Of a stretch of DNA of 64,000 nucleotides, positions 13,731-29,552 are shown piece after piece (position 1 is the first letter of the stretch; each line of letters opens with the position of its first letter). A program made the translations under genes and the position numbers. Source of the stretch: the human T2T-CHM13v2.0 reference genome, Homo sapiens; assembly GCF_009914755.1 (NCBI RefSeq), contig NC_060938.1; one strand, written 5' to 3'. The notes below the pieces were generated by a model. It had not been told where the DNA came from. It did not search any database and saw only the letters and a list, made by a program, of their open reading frames with translations.

Positions 13731-14021
13731 TCTTTTTCTTTTTTTTTTTTTTTTGACAGAGTCTGGCTCTGTCACCCAGGCTGGATTGCAGTGGCACGAT
13801 CTCGGCTCACTGCAAGCTCCGCCTCCTGGATTCACGCCATTCTCCTGCCTCAGCCTCTTTGAGTGGCTGGGACTACAGGAGCCCGCCACTACACCCGGCT
13901 AATTTTTTGTATTTTTGGTAGAGAGGGGTTTCATCGTGGTCTAGATCGCCTGACCTCGTGATCCACCCACCTCGGCCTCCCAAAGTGCTGGGATTACAAG
14001 CGTTAACCACCGCGCCTGGCC
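13731..14021 (-). mobile_element. AluY with the 12-bp left-arm deletion characteristic of AluYd
   Basis: Sense reading AGACCACGATGAAACCCC lacks TCCTGGCTAACA; TSD tct(c/g)gatagtgttttt. Confidence 0.8.
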
Positions 14022-14249
14022 TCTGGATAGTGTTTTTCACAGGTCAGATTAATTTTTATATAAATCATTTATTTTATTTTTATTATGTAAAATTTTATAA
14101 TTTCCTTTTTAAAAGGTAAATAAAATTTTAAGTGTAATGATGGAAAATTTTGTTTAAAAGTAAATGTATATGAAAGTGTTGATATAGACTAAAAAATTGA
14201 ATAAGTAAGAAGGTAGTTAGTTGTCACAGTAGGAGTGAAGTGAAAAGCT

Positions 14250-14480
14250 TCCCCTTTCACCCTCTGAAGATTACCCGAAATGAACTGACCATACACAGAT
14301 TAATAAAAGAAAGGGTATACAAACTTACTTAACCTGCAAAAACATGAGAGCTATACACAAAGTATAAGACTTGAAGATGGCTCAGATCTTAAACGCTCTC
14401 CTCATAGGCAATAGATATATAGACCCAGGATGCAGACATTATTTTGTAAATAATTTCCTTTGGAAGCTGGATGGGACAGA
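14250..14480 (-). mobile_element. ERV1-class LTR fragment (MER4-group-like)
   Basis: ccctctgaag...cagattaataaaagaaagggtatacaaacttacttaa resembles MER31/MER67-type LTR ends. Confidence 0.4.
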
Positions 14481-14633
14481 CAAATTACGGGAAGGTGAGA
14501 GATGGAACTGTACAGGAAAAAAGTTTGTCTTTGTCACTTTAATCTTATCATTACTAGAGAATATTTATGAATATTTTAGAATAATATATTTTTAAGCCCC
14601 AACCTCACCAAATGTTTTTTTCTAAAACAAATA

Positions 14634-14949
14634 CTTTTTGTTGTTTTTTGTTTGTTTTTGATACTGTGTCTCACTCTGTCACCCAGGTATGAAGTGCAGT
14701 GGTGCAACCATGGCTCACTGCAGCCTTGACCTCCTGGGCTCAAGTGATTCTCTTACCTCAGTCTTCCAAGTAGCTGGGCTACAAGCATGTACCATCATGC
14801 CCTGGTAATTAAAGAACAAAAAAATTTTTGTTAGAGACCAAGTATCCTTATGTCACCCTGGCTAGTCTTGAACTCCTGGAATCAACTGACCCTCATGCCT
14901 TGGCTTCCCAAATTATTGGGATTATAAGTGTGAGCCACAGTGCCTGACC
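14634..14949 (-). mobile_element. AluJ
   Basis: catggctcactgcagccttgacctcctgggctcaag (J diagnostic). Confidence 0.88.
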
Positions 14950-15029
14950 ACATATTTCTATACTTCAGTGAGGAAAGGAAGGTGTTAGGAAAATTGGTTA
15001 AGAACTATTTTTTAAAAAGCTATTAGTAG

Positions 15030-15183
15030 TGTTTTATTTTATTTTTTAATGATTGATTGATTTTTGAGATTGAGATCTCACTATGTTGCCCAGGCTGGTT
15101 TCACATTCCCAAGTTTAAGCAATACCCCTGCCTCAGTCTCCCAAGTAGCTGGGATGACAGGTGTATGTCACCATACCCAGCTC
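15030..15183 (-). mobile_element. FLAM-like Alu monomer
   Basis: tctcactatgttgcccaggctgg...; flanked by attagtag repeats. Confidence 0.75.
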
Positions 15184-15348
15184 CATTAGTAGCATTTTTA
15201 ACAATTGTGGGCCACTGAGTAAGAATATATTTTTTAAATTAAAGGTTATTTTTTAAAAAGCACATTTGTAGAAAATTACTAGCATAATCTGCCTAAAATA
15301 AATATACATATTGAAAAAATGTTTGCTCTGAACAAAAAGAAATATATT

Positions 15349-15407
15349 CACCACACACACATACACACACACACACACACACGCACACACCCACACACAC
15401 ACACACA
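15349..15407. repeat. Interrupted (CA)n microsatellite
   Basis: Directly visible. Confidence 0.95.
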
Positions 15408-16823
15408 TTATGGAAGATTTCAAGACCAGGCAATAATTTCCACTCAATCCAAAAACAATGCAATCCCAGAGCTGAATATTTAGGTGAAAAATATATCAGG
15501 AATGGGAGGCATTCAGGTTTAATTTTCGTGTTTTGGTAGAGTTAGGATGTGAGTTTTCATTTAAAAATATTCTTTATCTTTTTGCTACTATTGTGGTTTC
15601 TGTATTGTTACTATACAATCTGTAAACTAAATAGTAAAGGAGAGAAAAGTGATTTTCAACGAAGCTGGCTTGGGAACAGGTACTATTCTGGGAAGATGAA
15701 AGGTTTCACTTAATGACTGGTACCTGTGCCACTCTGGTTATTTTAACTGTTAACCTTTTAGCAAGAGGTTTTTCTTTTAAAAGACATCCTTTAATATTTG
15801 GGAAGCTAGTGCAATAGTACACATTGAGGCCCACATACCACATGCCAAATATTTAAAGGGCATATTTCTAGCTAACCACTGTACATACATATATTTTTTC
15901 TCTCTTATTTTCTTATTTTAGTTTTTTTCCTTGTCAACAATTTAATTTTATGTCCACACTTATGTTCTATCATCCCACTTTGACAAATAATATTATACCT
16001 TCAAAATGATGTGGAAGACTAGATTGGAATTTAGAACCGTAGAACCTTGTAATTGTACAGGCAAGTATCTTCCTGGGAAAAAATAAAACAGGAAGAAAAG
16101 GCTGGGCAGCCTCTGGTTCAGGAAGGAAATTCGGGAGTCCCTTATAGCAGCATCTCTAGTACTTGGGAACCGAACAGACTTCTCAGCCTGTGAGGCTGGA
16201 ATGGGCCCTTCTGGAGAACGCGACAGAGAAGTTATCTACTGCCTTTGCCCCCAGGGCCCAGGCAACACTTTTACCCTCCATTGCTTGTTTCCGAAGTTAA
16301 GGGGAGGAGACAATGTTTTGTTTAGTGACCTCGACAGAAAAAGTGTCCTCCTGCAACCACTCATTTGTTACTTTCCTTCTTCCTGAATTGCCTGAACCCA
16401 CTCCTCCTCCATTTCACTGGCTCTGTGCACTGATGTTATAGTCAGGAGATTTTGGGGAATTGTGGCTTCTAAAAATGTACACCCGACTCTACCCATAGCT
16501 GGCCCTGTGAACCTACACACCTACTCCACTGTGTCTCCTTCTCAAAGAGACACTCTTCCTGCTGAGTCTCTGCCCTCTGCTCCTAGATCCAAATGGCATC
16601 TCCTACCCTATCCCTGTATGGCTTAACCTAGGGAAACTCTTTCCCAGAGGAGTCAGGTAAGGAGACGGTGGCTGAGCTTCTTACAGACTTAAAGGAGACA
16701 TCCTGGAATTTAGGAGTCTGTCCTTCCTTTCTGTCTCCCTGGCAGCTCCTGCTGCTGCTCTAAGTTTAGCTTTGTCTCTCATCCAGCTCAGACTGTTGCT
16801 GGTCCTGATAGCCTCTGCTTAGC

Positions 16824-16966
16824 TGTATTAGTACGTTCTTGCATTGCTACAAAGAAATACATGAGAAATACCTTTAGTTGGCTCACCGTTCCATAGGCTA
16901 TACAGGAAGCATAGTGGTTTCTGCTTCCGGGGAGGCCTCAGGAAACTTTTACTCAAGGTGCAGGGC
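16824..16966 (-). mobile_element. MST-family (MaLR) LTR terminal fragment followed by A28
   Basis: tgtattagt.cgttct.gcattgcta.aaagaaatac...ggggaggcctcaggaa. Confidence 0.78.
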
Positions 16967-17852
16967 AAAAAAAAAAAAAAAAAAAAAAAAAAAACTACCA
17001 GCACTGCACTGTGAGGCCCTGATCCCTGAGCTAACTTCATATTATTACCTCTACAGCAAGTGTCTGTGAGAACATAGATATATTTCTTATGTGAGTACAC
17101 AATTTACAGAAGAGGAACTACCCTCCCAAACCAAAACAAAATGTCATAATTTTAATTTACCAGCAAACCTAGGTTGCTTCTGTGAAATGATCTCATTTGC
17201 TGAGTTTTAAAATTGACTAAATTTCCCAATTTCCAAATGAAAATATTTAGTTATCTTGTCTTGCTATGTGTTTTTGGTTAATATGATGATTAATTTTTGG
17301 TCTATTACTTAATATATTCCATAATTGTTGATATGGATTATAAGGACTTACAAAATAGTTTTCAGATGTCTTTAATTTTTTTACTTAGTGTAGATCCTAT
17401 AAATGGATTAGGAGTATTCTATTAACTCCCATGTATTCAGAAATCGAATTGGAGTGGTAAATTCTGTTTGAGGTAACAAGGGATATCAAAGGAAAAAAAT
17501 AATTTTGTGACTATGTCTTCTATACATGAATTTTTCAGGCATCTTTATCAATGGCTTATACTAAAGAAATTTTCTGGATCATGGGTGACAGAGAGAAGAC
17601 ATGCGGATAAGTGGCATTGTGTACACTACTGCATTTTATCATCTGGTTTATTTTTAAACTTTTATTTCTCTTAAGGATGTTTTATTAACCGGTGCATCAC
17701 CAGGTTAACAGTCTCTGGAACAGTAAACTTACCAGAAAATACTTGTTGATTGAATTAACAAGAAAACAACATTAGAAAACAGTGGTGCCTTGTTTTTGTC
17801 TGTTGCAGTATCTTGGAGAGTAAAGCCTAACTCTTTAATTTTGGCTGAAGAT

Positions 17853-17943
17853 ATAAAGAAATACCTGAGAAACACCTTTAGTTGGCTAATGGTTCCGTAG
17901 GCTATACTGGAAGCATGGTGGTTTCTGCTTCTGGGGAGTCCTC
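17853..17943 (-). mobile_element. Second copy of the MST LTR fragment
   Basis: Aligns with 16847-16939, including the same internal deletion relative to the MST consensus. Confidence 0.72.
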
Positions 17944-18179
17944 CAGCACTTACTGGCCGGGTAATTTTGAAGAAGTCATGATAAGATGGTTGTTACAATT
18001 AAATGAAATAATCAAAATGGAAGAGCTTAGTTAGCTGTCTTCCCTAAATGAATCACTGGCAAGTAAGAGTGTGATTGATTTTCCTACCAGTCAGGACTCA
18101 CCCCTTGAAGCTATAGGAGAGTAAACCTCTGAAGACCATACAATTTAGGGAACACTAACACCTCAAAAAACTCTGTAAA

Positions 18180-18290
18180 CTTCCTTCCTTCCTTTTCTTC
18201 CTTCCTTCCTTCCTTCCTTCCTTCCTTCCTTCCTTCCTTCCTTCCTCCTTCCCTCCCTCCCTCTCTCTCTCTTTCTTTTCTTTCTTTGTT
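18180..18290. repeat. (CTTC)n/(CT)n polypyrimidine tract forming the tail of the adjacent Alu
   Basis: Directly visible. Confidence 0.92.
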
Positions 18291-18573
18291 CATTTTTGAG
18301 ACAGTCTTGCTCTGTCATTCAGGCTAGAGTGTAGTGGCTGGATTATGGCTCACTGCTGCCTTAACCTCCTGGGCTCAAGCAAACGTCTCACTTCAGCCTC
18401 CCTAGTAGCTGGGAGTATTGGCATGCTCAGCTAATTTTTTCCTCCTTTTCTTTTTGTAGAGACAGGGTCTCATCATGTTGCCCAGGCTGGTCTTGGACTC
18501 CTTGGATCAAACAATCCTGCTGCCTCAGCCTCCCAAAGTGCTGGATTACAAGCATGAGCCACCGTGCCCAGCC
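18291..18573 (-). mobile_element. AluJ
   Basis: atggctcactgc.gcctt.acctcctgggctcaagc. Confidence 0.87.
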
Positions 18574-18831
18574 TTAAGTTTTTTCATACAGGAGGAAAGA
18601 ATTTGGGAAAGTAGGTGTGTGTGTGAGTGTTGGTTAGGGAGCCAACACATTTTTCTGCAAAGCTTGAATTCTGTGCCTCAGTTTTTCATTTTGTTATGTG
18701 CAAAATAAAATCGTATCCTGCTATAGATTTAAACCTGTGAGCGGATCCTACTCAAAACCTGTTTCAAATTTTGTGTAGATCTTTGTCTCTCTATGGCATA
18801 AGAATAAATTCTTCTGGTTTTCTTCCCTCAG

Positions 18832-19140
18832 AAAAATGGACTTAGACTTCCCAGAAGCCTTCCAGAAGGAACTCACCTGCCTCATTTGACTGAATTACCT
18901 CATAGACCCCATCACTGAAGATTTCAACCAATATTCTTCTGAAGAATCTAGTGTCCATTGCCAGAAAAGCCAGTCTCTGGCAATTCCTGAGCTCTAATGA
19001 ACAAATGTGCGGGATCCACAGGGAGACAAAGATGTTCTGTGATGTGGGCAAGAGCCTGCTCTGTTTTCTGTGTTCTAACTCTCAGGAACACTGGGGCACA
19101 GAAACACTGGCCCACTGAAGGGGCAGCTAAGGAACACTGT
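18832..19140 (+). pseudogene. TRIM43-like (TRIM43/48/49/51/64 family) first coding exon; unprocessed pseudogene fragment
   Basis: Acceptor ttcttccctcag at 18831, ATG at 18836, donor gtaagt at 19141. Conceptual translation across frameshifts: [100 protein letters not shown]. This matches the TRIM43 N-terminus (MDSDFSHAFQKELTC...[18 protein letters not shown]). Disabled by a TGA at 18887, a RING deletion and frameshifts. Confidence 0.9.
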
Positions 19141-19446
19141 GTAAGTGATGACTCAGAGCACTTTGAAAGCTGGAGGGCAGCACAGGTAAAGAGATTAGGA
19201 GGAAGATGAAGAGCATGAGGATTAATCTATTCTTTAGAGAGTGTCATGTACTGCCTAGGTATCAGTGATATAACTGTTATCCTGCTATCAAATCTACTGA
19301 TAAGTGGCTCATTTAACATATATGCACTCATCACAATGCAAGAAATCCTCTGACTGCTCCTACCATCGTGGCCCCTAGCCATGATAAGACTTGTCCCCAC
19401 ACTAGCAGAAACTAATCGAGTCCCTATATTAGGGATAAGTGGCATT

Positions 19447-19590
19447 TATATATATATATATATAATTTTTATATATAATTTTTATATGATATATAAAATA
19501 TAAATATTTATACAATATATATTATATACATATATATACATACATATACATATATATACATATATATATATATATATGTATATATATATC
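19447..19590. repeat. (TA)n / TACA-rich low-complexity tract
   Basis: Directly visible. Confidence 0.92.
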
Positions 19591-19778
19591 ACAATGCCAA
19601 AAATGTTTTGTCTTTGAAATAATCACAGTGCATTTGGAGAGACAAATGCATCTACAACCAGGCGACAACACTGAAAATAAAATTGTAGCAGTTTGAATAG
19701 GGGATTAAATGAGTTAATTTTTTCCTGGGGTTCAAAAAAAGAAACAGCAGCAAAAAATGGTACTTAAGACTGAAAGTT

Positions 19779-20076
19779 GGCCATGTGCAGCTGCTCATGC
19801 CTGTAATCTCAACATTTTGGGAGGCCAAGGTGGGCGGATAACCTGAGGTCAGGATTTCGAGAACAGCCTGGCCAACATGGCGAAACAACGTCATTACTAA
19901 AAATACAAAAATTAGCTGGGCATGGTGGCAGGTGCCTGTAATCCCAGCTACTCAGGAGGCTGAGGCAGGAGAATCTCTTGAACCCAGGAGGTAGAGTTTG
20001 CAGTTAGCCAAGATCACGCCATTGCTGCAGACTGGGTGACAAAAGCAAAACTCCATCTCAAAAAAAAAAAAAAAAA
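19779..20076 (+). mobile_element. AluS (Sx/Sq-like)
   Basis: acctgaggtcagg...agcctggccaacatgg; short TSD gaaagtt. Confidence 0.9.
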
Positions 20077-20169
20077 GAAAGTTCTGGGTTATGACACAGA
20101 ACATATGCAACATGAATATGTCATGGTTATGAACATGTAGACTACTCAAGATTGTGTATTTTAAAAATA

Positions 20170-20775
20170 ATAGAATACTAGGTTAAAAAATTAGCATCAC
20201 AGAATGAAAAATAAGCCACAAACTAGCAGAAGATAATTGTAACACATAAAAACAAAGGATTAAATACAATGGTAATATAATGATAGCTATTCTTACAAAG
20301 TTGTTTCTATGTCTCAGGTACTATTCTGAACAACATATGTGCATCTTGAATGCGTGAAGAGTTCCTATATAAGAAAAACACAAACAACAACATTTAAAAT
20401 GAGCAAAAAACCCGAATAGGAATTTCACAGAAGAGAGAACATAAATGGTCCATAAACATAATAAAAGATGCTCAACTACAATTCTAATCAGGGAAATAAA
20501 CATTAAAACCCCAAAGAGATACCACTTCATACTCTAGGAAAAACCTAAAAGGCTGTGAATATCTAGTTTCATTGAGGAAGAACAATGGGAAGACTATTCA
20601 CTGCTGGTGAGGGTGTAGATTGGTACAACTGCTTTGGAGAACGGTATGATGCCACTCAATAGAGCTGAACACACACATGCCCAATGACCAAGCAATTCCA
20701 CTCCAGGTACATACTGTAAAAATACTCCTGCACATGTAGAATAGGAGACACTGCATAACAAAGTTCACTACAACA
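20170..20775 (+). mobile_element. Ancient L1M ORF2 C-terminal fragment
   Basis: ggaatttcacagaagag, aaaagatgctcaac, gagataccacttcata, attggtacaactgctttgga. Confidence 0.65.
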
Positions 20776-20776
20776 T

Positions 20777-21007
20777 GAGGCTGAGGTGGGAAGATAGCTT
20801 GAGACCAGGAGTTCGAGGCTGCACCAGTAGCTGGGACTATAAGCATGTGCCACCGTGCCTGGCTAATTTTTTGCTGTTGTGGTTGTTGTTAGAGATGAGG
20901 TCTTCCTTTATTGAACAAGCTGGTCTCCAACTCCTGGCTTCAAGTGATCTTCCCACTTCTGCCTCCCAAAGTGCTGGGATTACAGGGGTGAGCCACCATG
21001 CCCGGCC
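20777..21007. mobile_element. Fused inverted Alu fragments (plus 20777-20823; minus 20826-21007)
   Basis: gaggctgaggtgggaagatagcttgag...gaggctgca is joined directly to agtagctgggacta...gagccaccatgcccggcc. Confidence 0.8.
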
Positions 21008-23019
21008 AAGTTCTGCTTCTTAATCTGAGGTAGATACTTTGATGTTTCATTTTCCTTTATTGTACAGATATACTTTATATTCTCATATGTGACACAAGTC
21101 AAAATTTAAAAAAACAATTTAACGTTTATTCCCTTTAGATGAATGATGGGCAAATTTACATAACGAATTCATTACTGAAACAATGTATACATTTCAGACT
21201 AGGAAAGTAACTATTTATAAAAGAAAAGCTTAAAACCTGAAGCAGAAACAAAATCCTGAAACTGTAAAATTGAGTCAAACTAAAATTTAAAAAACAAAGT
21301 AATGATATAAAGTATCATTTGTCCAAATGTGTTCTACAAAACGCTTTTTTCTTAAATATGTCTGATGAAAAACAGGTTCTAGGAGTAAAATATGTTTGAA
21401 AAATGCTGGGTTAAACAACTGAACCTATGAAGGAAGGAATAGAACGTCTCAAGCTCTTCACTCTGGAATCTTTTTTACACGGCAATTAACACCATGCTTC
21501 TTCTTGGATTTGTATTTCAGATAAACACAATCTGGGAAATATTTTATAATACAGAGGGCCACACCAGATTGAATATTGCCCCCAGGAATGAAATGAAAAC
21601 AGGAATGGATTCTCCAGTAAGAGGTACCCAGATATCCTAATTTTCAGTAGCTGACCTAAACCCTGGAAAAGTGGGATCAAACCCCATAACCAAATACAAC
21701 TTTTTAGGAACTAAGTGGATAATCACTCTGTGTTGTATGAACATGTGGGCAGTGTGTTTCCTACACAGCTTAAAAGTGCAACAAAAAAAGATCTAGGTGT
21801 CATATAAAGAATTTCTACCACTGTTAGGGTAATGGTGGACTGACAGCCAGAGGGTCTTAGATGTGACTTAAGTAAAGTTCAATAGAAGCTTCCAGCACAG
21901 ATATTCATGTTTCGAATTGGACCGCTCAGTTAAAAAGTTTTCCCATTAGACTTCCCCTAATCAAATTAGAAATGATCTAATTTTCTAATAAAGTTTTCCC
22001 CAGGCACAAGGAATCTGTGAACTGGACCTAAAAAATTCTTCATAATGTGCTTTTATTACCATAAAAGATGCACATTTATTTTAAAAACTTCTCTACACCA
22101 CTATCATAAGCCTTTGCACACACTTATTTCTTTTGGAAGCTAACTTCTGAGTGGTAATGAAATACATTCTTAAGAAAAAAATCTGACACAATGCCTTTGC
22201 ATCTTAAAATATGTTAAAATATTATTTGAAAAGAGTCAAACATCTGTGTTTTCAGGGTATCACAGGGCGTCAAACTGGAAAATGTGGCACTGCCAGGAGT
22301 TTCTACCTGGTGAAGGGTGGCAGACTTTTCTCTTCAGAGGGCTCTTGACAGGGTAGTATCCATTATCTTGCCAATTTACCACAACCTAGGCCCAATCCTC
22401 AGTCTTATAGGTTCAGAAATTTATTTTTATCGGCATCAGTAGGGTAGCTACATTGCTTAGAAGCAAACAAAAATAACCATGCTTCAATAGAAATCAGGGT
22501 ATAGATGTATTAATACAGAATGACAAATATAACTGTGACAGAAATAGGAATGCCTGTTTATGGTCATATATGGCCAATACTTTCATTACAGCCAAACTCA
22601 TACATGCAGACAAATAAGAGGCCTCTGGATACACAGGGAATCAGAATAAAAAAAGAAGAACTGAACATTTAATAGTCTTCTTTCATTCAATCAATAATTT
22701 TTTTTAATTAAGAAACTACTATGTCCAGGTAACCTTCTAGGTCCTGGGGATACAGAGGTCTCGGCTTACAGAAGTCATATGTAAGTAGCAGGTGAAGAGT
22801 ATGTGTTTCACAGAAGTTTATTACAATATATTAACAAGAGCAAAAAATTTTGGAAGCAATCTAAATGTTCAATAATAGAGCTCCAATTAAATAACAATAA
22901 ATCCAAATAATGAAAAATAATGCAGCCTGTTAAGAATAAGCACTTGCAAGCCGTAATTCATGACATGGGAAAATTATCATAGTGGAAAAAGAAGCAAGCT
23001 ATATATAGTGCATGATCCT

Positions 23020-23042
23020 ATACACACACATACATACATACA

Positions 23043-23072
<30 letters not shown>
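23020..23072. repeat. (TACA)n tetranucleotide repeat
   Basis: Directly visible. Confidence 0.95.
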
Positions 23073-23073
<1 letters not shown>

Positions 23074-23113
23074 TTCCTATCCCTTTATATGCATAAGAAA
23101 ACAAGCGGGAGGA

Positions 23114-24016
23114 GGGAGGAGCCAAGATGGCCGAATAGGAACAGCTCCGGTCTACAGCTCCCAGCGTGAGCGACGCAGAAGATGGTGATTTCTGCATTTC
23201 CATCTGAGGTACCGGGTTCATCTCACTAGGGAGTGCCAGACAGTGGGCGCAGGCCAGTGTGTGTGCGCACCGTGCGCGAGCCGAAGCAGGGCGAGGCATT
23301 GCCTCACCTGGGAAGCGCAAGGGGTCAGGGAGTTCCCTTTCCGAGTCAAAGAAAGGGGTGACGGACGCACCTGGAAAATCGGGTCACTCCCACCCGAATA
23401 TTGCGCTTTTCAGACCGGCTTAAGAAACGGCGCACCACGAGACTATATCCCACACCTGGCTCGGAGGGTCCTACGCCCACGGAATCTCGCTGATTGCTAG
23501 CACAGCAGTCTGAGATCAAACTGCAAGGCGGCAACGAGGCTGGGGGAGGGGCGCCCGCCATTGCCCAGGCTTGCTTAGGTAAACAAAGCAGCCGGGAAGC
23601 TCGAACTGGGTGGAGCCCACCACAGCTCAAGGAGGCCTGCCTGCCTCTGTAGGCTCCACCTCTGGGGGCAGGGCACAGACAAACAAAAAGACAGCAGTAA
23701 CCTCTGCAGACTTAAGTGTCCCTGTCTGACAGCTTTGAAGAGAGCAGTGGTTCTCCCAGCACGCAGCTGGAGATCTGAGAACGGGCAGACTGCCTCCTCA
23801 AGTGGGTCCCTGATTCCTGACCCCCGAGCAGCCTAACTGGGAGGCACCCCCCAGCAGGGGCACACTGACACCTCACACGGCAGGGTATTCCAACAGACCT
23901 GCAGCTGAGGGTCCTGTCTGTTAGAAGGAAAACTAACAACCAGAAAGGACATCTACACCGAAAACCCATCTGTACATCACCATCATCAAAGACCAAAAGT
24001 AGATAAAACCACAAAG
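23114..24016. promoter_or_regulatory. L1 5' UTR: CpG-rich sense and antisense promoters, YY1 site
   Basis: YY1 motif caagatggcc at the 5' end; CpGs largely retained. Confidence 0.85.
23346..23561 (-). CDS. L1 ORF0, 71 aa, intact
   Basis: MAGAPPPASLPPCSLISDCCASNQRDSVGVGPSEPGVGYSLVVRRFLSRSEKRNIRVGVTRFSRCVRHPFL; ATG at 23561-23559. Confidence 0.85.
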   Translation of the reverse strand: MAGAPPPASLPPCSLISDCCASNQRDSVGVGPSEPGVGYSLVVRRFLSRSEKRNIRVGVTRFSRCVRHPFL

Positions 24017-25032
24017 ATGGGGAAAAAACAGAACAGAAAAACTGGAAACTCTAAAACGCAGAGCGCCTCTCCTCCTCCAAAGGAACGCAGTTCCTCACCA
24101 GCAACAGAACAAAGCTGGATGGAGAATGATTTTGACGAGCTGAGAGAAGAAGGCTTCAGACGATCAAATTACTCTGAGCTACAGGAGGACATTCAAACCA
24201 AAGGCAAAGAAGTTGAAAACTTTGAAAAAAATTTAGAAGAATGTATAACTAGAATAACCAATACAGAGAAGTGCTTAAAGGAGCTGATGGAGCTGAAAAC
24301 CAAGGCTCGAGAACTACGTGAAGAATGCAGAAGCCTCAGGAGCCGATGCGATCAACTGGAAGAAAGGGTATCAGCAATGGAAGATGAAATGAATGAAATG
24401 AAGCGAGAAGGGAAGTTTAGAGAAAAAAGAATAAAAAGAAATGAGCAAAGCCTCCAAGAAATATGGGACTATGTGAAAAGACCAAATCTACGTCTGATTG
24501 GTGTACCTGAAAGTGATGTGGAGAATGGAACCAAGTTGGAAAACACTCTGCAGGATATTATCCAGGAGAACTTCCCCAATCTAGCAAGGCAGGCCAACGT
24601 TCAGATTCAGGAAATACAGAGAACGCCACAAAGATACTCCTTGAGAAGAGCAACTCCAAGACACATAATTGTCAGATTCACCAAAGTTGAAATGAAGGAA
24701 AAAATGTTAAGGGCAGCCAGAGAGAAAGGTCGGGTTACCCTCAAAGGAAAGCCCATCAGACTAACAGCGGATCTCTCGGCAGAAACCCTACAAGCCAGAA
24801 GAGAGTGGGGCCAATATTCAACATTCTTAAAGAAAAGAATTTTCAACCCAGAATTTCATATCCAGCCAAACTAAGCTTCATAAGTGAAGGAGAAATAAAA
24901 TACTTTATAGACAAGCAAATGTTGAGAGATTTTGTCACCACCAGGCCTGCCCTAAAAGAGCTCCTGAAGGAAGTGCTAAACATGGAAAGGAACAACCGGT
25001 ACCAGCCGCTGCAAAATCATGCCAAAATGTAA
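24017..25032 (+). pseudogene. L1 ORF1p, 1-bp deletion frameshift
   Basis: MGKKQNRKTGNSK... is in frame to ARREWG. The G-run at 24807-24810 has 4 G instead of 5. The C-terminus PIFNILKEKNFQ...QNHAKM is in another frame. Span is 1016 bp versus the expected 1017. Confidence 0.93.
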
Positions 25033-25071
25033 AGACCATCGAGACTAGGAAGAAACTGCATCAACTAATGA

Positions 25072-28923
<3,852 letters not shown>

Positions 28924-29552
28924 ACAATGAGATCACATGGACACAGGAAGGGGAATATCACACTCTGGGGACTGTGGTGGGGTCGGGGGAGGGGGGAGGG
29001 ATAGCATTGGGAGATATACCTAATGCTAGATGACACATTAGTGGGTGCAGCGCACCAGCATGGCACATGTATACATATGTAACTAACCTGCACAATGTGC
29101 ACATGTACCCTAAAACTTAGAGTATAATAAAAAAAAGAAAAAGAAAAAGAAAACAAGCGGGAGGAAAGTGATATCTTTAGTCAAATCTTGTTTACTAACG
29201 TACTATTAATGATTATCTTTTCTTTTTCTTTATACCTTTTAGCATTTTTCAATTTCCTAAAATAGCCTTACATGCCTTTTATCACCAGGAGAAAAATTAC
29301 TTCTAAAGTAATTTCAGTCAACATGCATACTAAGAACTCTTCAGATTTAACTGCTAGAAGCTGTGCATGAATGCCAGTCCTTGCATCTGTCTTGGAACTC
29401 ACAGAGAGCTCTTTTCCCATGGCTTTAAGCAATACTCAAAAAGACTAGCATACCTGAATTTCCTAGTCCTATGTTTTTTTCATCCAACAGCCAGTCTTGT
29501 ATTTCTAGCTGTTTTCTAAACATTTCAACCAAACCATTTTACAGATAACTCA

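Noticed and set aside
21430-21720. Possible minus-strand coding exon
   Set aside because: Stops in the frames examined and no convincing splice-site pair.
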